A stretch of 9,042 bases of DNA from Paraspadella gotoi. Lineage: Eukaryota; Animalia; Chaetognatha. The notes below the pieces were generated by a model. The model did not search any database and was not told where the DNA came from. It was given only the letters and a program-made list of their open reading frames with translations. The stretch lies in contig JBJCIZ010000562.1 in assembly GCA_051294375.1 (NCBI GenBank), positions 1-9,042 of the forward strand, in the 5' to 3' direction. This document shows positions 1-7,483 of the stretch, piece by piece; position 1 is the stretch's first letter, and each line of letters begins with the position of its first letter. The position numbers and the translations under genes were made by a program.

Positions 1-78
1 TTCATTCAAACGTTCGATGAATTGACTCAACGCAAAACGATTTCAATTTTAGTCACAAACTTTGGCTGAACAAGTTTT

Positions 79-100
79 TCTCTCTCTCTCTTTTTTTTTT
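79..100 (+). repeat. short (TC)6 microsatellite followed by T10
   Basis: tctctctctctc at 79-90, then T10 at 91-100, read directly. Confidence 0.9.
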
Positions 101-170
101 CTCAAAATCCGGTTAAAAAATAAAAGAGTTCACGATCAGGACTCGAGTTTAACATACTTTATGCCATAAC

Positions 171-195
171 ACTGTATGCATGAGACTGTATGCAT
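171..195 (+). repeat. 11-bp direct repeat ACTGTATGCAT x2
   Basis: Identical copies at 171-181 and 185-195, spacer GAG. Confidence 0.9.
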
Positions 196-582
196 TTAAA
201 ACATAGAGAAATTAGAGCGTTCAACCGGAGACAGATACATAATTTACAGTACGAATCAAAAAAACGTGCGACTACCACGTAGTATATCGAGCGTTACGGC
301 ATTACTCGCACGGGGGCGTTTCTTTCAAAACTATCGTAATTTTCGCATTTTCCATTTACTGCAATCATGAGAAAAAACTGTCGGCACGGCGGCCATTTTG
401 GATGAAGATGACCGAAGGTTTTAATTGTAATTAATTCGTTTGTGTTTTGTGTTTTTAATTTAAGCCAAGCAAATATTTTTTTTAATGGATCCACTTGATG
501 AGAAAAAGAATTTAAATTTAAAAAAAAAAAAAAACTTTCTGATCGGCCGAAAAAATCGGAAAGAGGAAGGAAGACGGAGAGG

Positions 583-700
583 CGGGCAAGAAGGGAGAGG
601 GCAAGAGGGCAAGAGGGGAAGAGGGGCAAGAGGGAAGAGGGGCAAGAGGGAGGAGCGGGAAGAAGGGCAAGGGGAGGAGGGCAAGAGGGGAGGAGGGGAC
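583..700 (+). repeat. degenerate 8-9 bp purine minisatellite (G)GGG(C)AAGA with many G3+ runs
   Basis: gggcaagagggcaagaggggaagaggggcaagagggaagaggggcaagaggg... It lies within a purine-biased tract at about 560-900. Confidence 0.85.
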
Positions 701-989
701 TAAAGTGAGAAGGAATGGAACAAAAGGAGAGAGGGAGACGAGATGGGAGCGGACTGGATGGGAAACAATGGCGGATAAGAGGCAGGATGGGAAAAAGTGA
801 ATAATATGGTCAGAAGAATGGGGGGAGCGAGGTGGGAAGGGGTGGGGGGTAGAATGGTCAGAGGAGAATGAGAAACGGGGCAGTAACGGGGTGCAACGGG
901 CTCGAGGAATCTATGAGGAAATACTTTTCAATCAAATTCCATCACTTGATCAGTTGATTTTTTTTCTTTCGGTTTCGTCAATTTAGGCG

Positions 990-1060
990 ATGATTAATAA
1001 TCATTGATTATAATCATTAATATATCATTAATAATTATGATTAAAAATCATTGATTATCA
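990..1060. repeat. AT-rich nested palindrome and 22-bp direct repeat built from TGATTA/TAATCA
   Basis: ATGATTAATAATCATTGATTAT (990-1011) vs ATGATTAAAAATCATTGATTAT (1037-1058), 1 mismatch. Perfect palindrome TGATTATAATCA at 1005-1016. Confidence 0.9.
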
Positions 1061-1114
1061 GCGTCCGACTTCTCCTCTTCTTCCTCCTCACGATTCTTTC
1101 TCTTTCTAATTTCA

Positions 1115-1310
1115 CTCCCGCCGCCACGGCCGCAGCGGCCGCCGCTGACGCGGCCCCGGGCGCTCCGCTGACGCCTCCGCCTCCTCCTCGCGCTCCTCGC
1201 CAGGATGTGACGATCTCCCCCTGCATGAAGGCCCACGGACGTTGGAGCCCCAAAGGGGACACTTTTCTCCCGAGGGCAGATAGGACTGCTCCGCCCCCTG
1301 CCGCTTGATG
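1115..1310. other. GC/CpG-rich island preceded by a pyrimidine tract (1068-1114)
   Basis: GCC/CCG-rich. Internal repeat CCGCTGACGC at 1142-1151 and 1165-1174. Confidence 0.75.
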
Positions 1311-1568
1311 AGGCTCTGAAAAAGAGGATTGAAGGAAAAAAAAGGGATTATTACATTTATAATACGTCTAAAATATCGAGCAAATAATTATTCATTTGAG
1401 AAAAGCTTAGTTGTCGCTGCCCAGTGGACCAATGTACTTCAATGTACTCCCAAAATCCTTGGAGTTCTTGACAACAATTGCGCCAATGATCAATTTCTGA
1501 ATCTTACTCCCAAATGTCGCATCCGATTCCTCACCTACCTCACCGAGCACACCCGATGTACCTTTACC

Positions 1569-1997
1569 TTAACCTCCCACTCCCCCCCCATTCCTTACCC
1601 CTCTTATTAATCTAACCTCGAGCAAGGAAAGCAAAATTTGTTCCTCTGCAACTGATGGACATTGAACGAAGATGCGTATCTTCGGAGCCTCTCGTGACAG
1701 AGCGTGCATTGAAGGGGAGCGAGCGGCGCTGCTGAGGCGCGGGGAAGCTGCTGCCGCCGATTTCCGCTGTCGCTCCCCGCCCTTCGACGCCGTCTCGCGG
1801 CGAGGCCCGCCGGGTCCTTGCCCCGGCCTCGTCGCTGGTGGAAGCGACGGCGCCGCGACGCCGACCGGCGACGACGACGCTTCGGCGCGGCGACGCCGAA
1901 GTTGGTCAGCCGCAGCCTCCGACGCGGCGCGCCGCTCCAACTCGACGTCGGCTGCTTGGAGGAGGAGGGCCCGGCGTCGGCGAAGGAGTTGCGACAT
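1569..1997 (-). CDS. possible coding region or first exon, 142 aa from ATG (MSQLLRRRRALLLQAADVELERRAASEAAADQLRRRRAE...), low-complexity hypothetical protein
   Basis: ATG at 1997 (CAT 1995-1997) inside the 1569..2273 ORF. It has a helical-looking N-terminus and a pyrimidine-rich upstream leader on the minus strand. However, this GC island is open in nearly all frames and I recognise no domain. Confidence 0.2.
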   Translation of the reverse strand: MSQLLRRRRALLLQAADVELERRAASEAAADQLRRRRAEASSSPVGVAAPSLPPATRPGQGPGGPRRETASKGGERQRKSAAAASPRLSSAARSPSMHALSREAPKIRIFVQCPSVAEEQILLSLLEVRLIRGVRNGGGVGG

Positions 1998-2070
1998 CGG
2001 AAAGTTCCTTGCGTTTTGCGGAGACGCGAGCGGAGTAGTCGACGTTCGCGGCCGGTGGGGATGGCGCTGA
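1690..2070. other. strongly GC/CpG-rich island rich in CGACG/CGTCG/CGGCG
   Basis: Composition read directly. Five overlapping ORFs in the track reflect the scarcity of stop codons. Confidence 0.8.
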
Positions 2071-2228
2071 TTGGGTATGGGGTGGGTGGAGGATGGAAAA
2101 GGAGTGCAGGATGGACGCGCATAACGATTATACGAAGGATGAGGAGATAAGTAAAAGTTAAAGGACGAAGAACAAGATTGAAAATAGATAATAAAGAAAA
2201 AAGGAGGGAAAAAGGAAAAAAAAACAAG

Positions 2229-2552
2229 AACGGTAATTCCAAATTGTTGGGCCGAAAGTGACTTTATTTTCACGTGTATTTCCGTTTAATTACTGATATG
2301 ACATGACATGACGTTGACTAAAAAACTTTATCCGCTCGTGTATTTATGACATACACTGCATCAAAATTCTGTCTTTTATTCCTTAGTTTTTAGGAATCCG
2401 TAAAGACGGCGCATAAGCAGACCCTCAGATTTGAGGTTTCTGTCTAAACAAATGACAAGCAACTATGGCAAATTTATATTATTTTAACGGTAAATGACAG
2501 ACACCGACATACCGACAGGACCGACCGAAAAGTGACTTAATGATTTATTCCG
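2229..2552. promoter_or_regulatory. candidate cis-regulatory cluster (TGAC x9, CACGTG, ACCGAC x3)
   Basis: TGAC at 2259, 2299, 2304, 2309, 2315, 2347, 2453, 2495 and 2533. CACGTG at 2271-2276. ACCGAC at 2503, 2511 and 2520. The motifs are seen directly; function is inferred. Confidence 0.3.
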
Positions 2553-2679
2553 CGATACTCGCCGGCGCAACTAAAAAAAAAGAACAGGATTGAGGGAAAA
2601 ATTTCAACTTCCAGTTGAAGAATGGAATAATTGTGAATGTCTTGCTAAACAATCACAACCGATCCATTGAAAACTTACC

Positions 2680-2830
2680 CGTAACGCAGCCCCGTTATCG
2701 GCCGGGCGGACTCGCACTCCCGCCTCGGCCTGCGTGCGTCGGCAGCAGCTCGCCCTGCAGCGGTCCTTAAAGCTCGGGCGTTCTCTTGGCAAAAGGTCGC
2801 CCAGGAGGGGCCCAGTCGTTCGAGCCGGGC
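2680..2830. other. small GC/CpG-rich island
   Basis: Abrupt GC-rich block between AT-richer flanks. Confidence 0.65.
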
Positions 2831-2891
2831 TTGAGTTTCGTATTCGATGTACTTGAAAGCCTGTTTTGGTTTAGATTGGAAAGTCAGGATA

Positions 2892-2930
2892 ATATATATA
2901 TAATATATATATATATATTTATCTATCTCT

Positions 2931-2982
<52 letters not shown>

Positions 2983-2999
2983 TTCTCTCTCTTCTCTCT
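2892..2999 (+). repeat. compound microsatellite (AT)n (2892-2918) + interrupted (CT)n (2926-2999)
   Basis: Read directly. Confidence 0.95.
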
Positions 3000-3732
3000 A
3001 TCTCATCCTTTACCCGAAGACAATCCCGTCTTGCCGAGGTCCTTCATGCTGTCCTGAGTACAATTTGCTTGGCGACGCCAGAGGCGCTTTGTAGACCGTC
3101 TGACTTCCGGTCGGATACTCGATTGAAAATTTTCAACTCTATTCGGCGCTTGAGGAATTAGAATGGGACATAAAGAGTTCACGTTCTATTGTACTAATCT
3201 AAGGGGAAAAAGTATATGACATTTTTAATAAAAAAGAGTATAACTTATCGAAAACTTATTTTAAAAAAAATTCAAAAATAGTTTTCCGATCTACTATTAA
3301 ATTTCTCTCTCAGTATTTTCCTTCTATTTTTTTGTAGCGTAATCATTTAGGAAGTTACAGCGAAAAACAATATTGTTACTTCAAATGAAAAATGGCGAAA
3401 AAAATATTATAATTTTCCACCCATTTTGGTATTTAGTTATTTGTTTTTATTTTTAAATAGAGTTAAGTTTTTATTTTTTTTAATTGGCAATGCTAAAGGC
3501 CTTGCACCTCTTTCTGGTTCAAAAAAGTATTATTATAGCTCTCAGTAAAAGAGGAAAGACGGCGCAACATTAATATCGGGCTGGCGCGAATTGAATTTTT
3601 ACAAAGGAAATAATAAAATAAAATGAGCAAATAGCATATTTAAAACAGATTTACATCGCCAGTGGAAGTGTGTTTTCATAACTCTGTCCAATGCTGGTAA
3701 TCGGAAAAACCTTAATTTTTTTTCACTTTTTG

Positions 3733-3810
3733 AATTATGCCAGATTGTATGCCTAAATATGCCAGATCATTTTTTTACTGCGCTAAACGCGTCTGAAATT
3801 ATGCCAGATC
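3733..3810 (+). repeat. three copies of TATGCCAGAT plus one partial TATGCC
   Basis: Copies at 3736-3745, 3758-3767 and 3800-3809. Partial copy at 3748-3753. Confidence 0.9.
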
Positions 3811-4187
3811 TTGGCGCACAGTATTGGCCCAAAATTTTAACCAGAGTACCGGTTTATACCACGCTTTTTACTTTTTTTGTTTCAATTAAAAAAAAACCAA
3901 AAAACAAATTCAAAAAATAAACCAAAAATTCTTAAATTCTTTTGATTTCGTTCAATTTCATAATTAAAAAGAGATGCTAATTAAACTTATAACACAAGCA
4001 ATATAACCGACCGGTTTTGAACGGTGACGTCGACGGTCGGAATACTCGCCCGACGAGGAGTGCTCCCTTCTATGAAGCGGATGTGAAAGGTTGCAAGTGT
4101 TAGGTGATGAGAGTTTCGCGGACCAGAGCGGTCATGCCGTAGAAGTGGGGGGAATCACAGTTGAAGTCCGCTACGTCTGTCGACGCA

Positions 4188-4267
4188 GCCAGTATAACTA
4201 AATGGGTAGTCAGTCCTGCGGACGCGGAATGCCAAACAGTTTGTGGTTCAAGTCTCCGCTAACTGTT
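4188..4267 (+). other. degenerate tRNA-like / Pol III type-2 promoter unit (tRNA pseudogene or SINE head candidate)
   Basis: A-box-like TAACTAAATGG at 4195-4205 and B-box-like GGTTCAAGTCT at 4245-4255. D-stem-like ACTA/TAGT. The anticodon arm and acceptor stem are not canonical. Confidence 0.25.
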
Positions 4268-4439
4268 GGTTTCTTACCGACAGCAGTTCAACTACAACCT
4301 CAAACTAGATTTTCTTCAGCTAGACCGCCGCTTACGGGGTCAAATTTTTCGCGGTGCAAACTACCTTCGTAAACGTGCTCCTCTCTCCATCTTCGCCCTT
4401 ACCCTCTTTCTCCCCCCCCTTTTCCCTCCCTTCGAACTC

Positions 4440-4720
4440 ACCCTCGATCATCCCGTGTCCCTGGCCGGCCTTCTCCGCCGCCGCCGCCGCAGCCGCCGCC
4501 GCGGTAGCCGCCGTGGCCAGCAGCCGCCGCCTCCTCGCGCTCGGGCGTCGATGAGGGCGCGCCCACTTCCGTGTCTTGTGAGGAGCGTCGATTGGCCGCC
4601 CGGGAGACGACCGCCCAAACGAGAGGTTGGAAAGGTAGGGACTGCGATGGGAGATTCGGAAGGAATGGCCGTTGCTGCGGGCGGGGGAGAAGGCTCTGCT
4701 GGTGGGGTGGTGACGGGGGA
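4440..4720. other. GC/CpG-rich island with imperfect (CCG)n run at about 4475-4530, preceded by a pyrimidine tract (4378-4432)
   Basis: ccgccgccgccgccgcagccgccgccgcggtagccgccg read directly. Confidence 0.8.
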
Positions 4721-5188
4721 ATGGAAAATTGTAAAGAGAACGGTAAATTTAAAATTTAAATTTAATTAAATTTTAACAATTTAATTGGTATATATTTTAT
4801 CTCCTTCTTACGTAGTACACCCATGTTATCAAGGACTATCAAGTTTATTTAACTAATTAGAAAGTAAAAATTATTAATGAGCAGTTACTCATTAAGGATG
4901 AAAGGAAAATAAATATCCTTTCTCAAAAAATAAAAAACAGTTTCAAAGATTTATAACCAGGTTCATAATCCAATTCACATAACAAAAATAAAAAATATTT
5001 TCTTCGCCTCACCACCGCCCTTAACATATTCTTAATTGCTTGTGTTACGACGTCTGAATTATCAACTGTTTTAGAAATCATCCTCGAAATTTGTCCCGGC
5101 GAGGAAATGCTCATCTTCATCGTTAAACTGGACTCTTATTACGATTAAATGAAGACATTTGAAACGAGTGAACACGAGCTCTCCAATA

Positions 5189-5240
5189 TCTTTCTCTACT
5201 TTCTTCTCCTCTATCTCTCTCTCTTCTCTCTCTCTCTCTC

Positions 5241-5280
<40 letters not shown>

Positions 5281-5306
5281 ATCTTCTCTCTCTCTCCTCC
5301 CCCCCT
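5189..5306 (+). repeat. interrupted (CT)n microsatellite / polypyrimidine tract
   Basis: Read directly. Confidence 0.95.
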
Positions 5307-5918
5307 TATTTTTCGCTCTTTTTGCTGACCCAAAAAAATTGAGAGAAAATCGTGAAGAAAATAAATACAGTATTAGTCTTTTGGGATCCGGAAAACGAGA
5401 TCGGCGCGTTGGATGATTTTAACAATGAAAAACAGAGAAAAAAACCAGGTGAAACACTCAACTTTTTTTTTTTTTGAGGAAATAAACAAAGAATTTTGAG
5501 GGTTTTCTCTATTTTAATATAAACGATTGTTATCTTATTTTGTCGTTTTGAGACAAAAAGTAATTAATGATTACATTACCCCCTGAGCTAATTTCTAAAT
5601 CATTCAAATATTGTTTTCACGGATGTAATTCGATCCGTTCCGCCGCATATCAGAGGCTGCTATTAATTGACAATTGGATTTATTTTAGTCCCAAAATTTT
5701 CGGGATGTCAACCGACATATATCTTCGTCTATCCTTTAAAGGAAAAAAAAAATATTTTTTCTTTTTTATGTCAAATTTCGAAACTCAAATTGTTTCGACT
5801 CGACGTTAAATCGGTTGTTCCAACAGGAATGAACTAACACTTTTGTTCACTGTTTCTTTTTCGTTAATAAAATTGTCGTTCGATCACTAAATTCTCCTGA
5901 GTTACAAACAAAAAACCT

Positions 5919-5957
5919 CCGCGCGGCATTCGATAGAACCCGCGCGGGCATTCGATA
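5919..5957 (+). repeat. near-tandem duplication CCGCGCG(G)GCATTCGATA x2
   Basis: Copies at 5919-5935 and 5940-5957, differing by one G. Confidence 0.9.
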
Positions 5958-6001
5958 CACCCAGCTGCATATACGAAGAGCGGTCCGGGAAGGCTGGGGC
6001 G

Positions 6002-6030
6002 TCCTCCCTCTCTCTCTCTCTTCTCTCTCA

Positions 6031-6073
<43 letters not shown>

Positions 6074-6075
6074 CT
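6002..6075 (+). repeat. interrupted (CT)n microsatellite
   Basis: Read directly. Confidence 0.95.
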
Positions 6076-6270
6076 AGCTTCGGGACCTTACTGCCGCAAA
6101 ACCAGGGCTGCTACAGCCCGCTGCCTGCTGCTGCCTCCAAAAAAAAAAGGAAAACCCGGCGCTGCTGCGGCGGAGTGCAAAAACTCATCGGGAGGGATTC
6201 GACGCACGCGCGAGACGCGGCCATAAAAGGTCTGCATGCGCGGAATACGCGCGAAACGTGACCAGGTCGG

Positions 6271-6345
6271 CAGAGAGCGAGAGGAGTAGAGAGTAGCGGA
6301 GAGAGATGAGCGGGGGCGGAGGAGAGGGATGAGGAGAGGAGAGAG

Positions 6346-6390
<45 letters not shown>

Positions 6391-7170
6391 GCGAGAAGAG
6401 AGAGGGGGGATGAGGATAGTAGAGAGAGGAGAGAGCGAGGGAGGGAAGAGAGTTAGTTGAAACGCGGCAAGGGAGCAAAGAGAGGCTGAGGAGGTAGAGG
6501 GAGAAAGAGAGATGAAGGAGGGACGTTAGAAGGGAAAGAGATTAAGGGAGTGAAGGCGAAAGGGAAAGGCCCGCTGGCTTGGGAGAGAGTTTTTGGCGAT
6601 AAAATGGAAGGGAAGATGAGGATGAATGATGGGAGGAGACAAGTGGTACGAGAGAGCGGAGAGAGGGGAAGAGAGGGAGAGAAGAGATAAAGGGAGAACA
6701 GAGGGATGGAGAAGAAAAAGGTAAATATAGAGGGGGAAAGGAAAAGTAGAAAGTCTGGCAGAGAAGAAAAGCGGGAGGCGGGGAAAGAGATGAGGAGAGG
6801 GAGAGGGTTTAGAGGAGGAAGAAGAAGGGAGGATGAAGGGACGGGAGAGGGAGGGAATACGGGAAGGCTCAGTTACCAGGGAGGGGAAAGTGAGAAAAAG
6901 GGAAAGAGAGAGGGAAAGGATAGAACAAGCAAGATAGAATGAGCAAGGATAGAGAAAGGAGGTGTGCAGCAAAATACAGGAGAGGGAGGGGCGAAAATAG
7001 GTAAGGGTGGGGCATAGGAAAGTAAAGTGGAGTGGGATAATAGGGAAGAGCATAATTAGGAAATGAAGCTAATAGAAAGAGATAATAGGAAAGAGATAGG
7101 AGAGGAGGAGGAAAGAGTGAAAGGGATAAAAAATGTTAGTGAAGGTGAGAAAAAGGAAGAAGCAGAGGCT
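6271..7170 (+). repeat. about 900-bp purine-rich (A/G) low-complexity tract
   Basis: The plus strand is overwhelmingly A/G with no stable repeat unit. Confidence 0.9.
6349..6386 (+). repeat. perfect (GA)19 microsatellite
   Basis: Read directly. It is embedded in degenerate GA-rich sequence. Confidence 0.95.
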
Positions 7171-7483
7171 TCGCGGAAGGATTAAGGTTATAGACGGCCT
7201 CAGAAGAACCTTGGTTGCATGTTTGTGGAAAAAACAAATAAGCTAACAAGTTAAGGAACGTTAATAAAACTTTGTAAGGTATGAAAAATTGGGCAAGATT
7301 TACTTGTTTTACAATATTAACTAAAAATAGACTAAATTTAAAAAAAATAAATATATAATATATATTGTAAATATAATAGCACTAATTATAAAAAATCAAT
7401 TATCGCCTAAAAGATCGAAATCGATTCCGACTGTGAAAGGATTCGGTCCCGTTTTCTGCGGTTGGGAGATGGAATCCCAAACT

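Noticed and set aside
294-703. Overlapping ORFs 294..629, 460..684 and 485..703
   Set aside because: They are translations of an A15 run and the GGGCAAGA minisatellite, low complexity with no domain.
1051-1308. 85-aa ORF resembling a secreted Ala/Pro-rich peptide (signal-peptide-like N-terminus)
   Set aside because: It starts at TTG with an in-frame TAA at 1042-1044 and no upstream ATG. The hydrophobic stretch is simply the translation of a pyrimidine tract.
1607-2242. Arg-rich overlapping ORFs (1607..2242, 1672..2070, 1818..2150, 1838..2038)
   Set aside because: These are shadow frames expected in very GC-rich DNA, and none resembles a known family.
123-3183. 12-bp match AAAGAGTTCACG at 123-134 and 3172-3183 as a possible target-site duplication or LTR remnant
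   Set aside because: The match barely extends and no terminal repeats lie inside it, so chance is plausible.
3103-3397. Isolated ETS-like ACTTCCGGT (3103-3111), palindrome TTGAAAATTTTCAA (3123-3136) and YY1-like AAAATGGCG (3389-3397)
   Set aside because: These are single short matches with no supporting gene or TSS, and are expected by chance in 9 kb.
3733-3810. CRISPR-like repeat-spacer interpretation of the TATGCCAGAT copies
   Set aside because: The repeats are 10-13 bp with unequal spacers, there are only three copies, and no cas genes are present.
4104-4200. Perfect snoRNA box C (GTGATGA at 4104-4110)
   Set aside because: There is no box D (CTGA) at a suitable distance downstream and no terminal stem.
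4266-4769. 167-aa plus-strand ORF and nested ORFs
   Set aside because: TTG/GTG starts, poly-Arg/Ala from (CCG)n and no recognisable motif.
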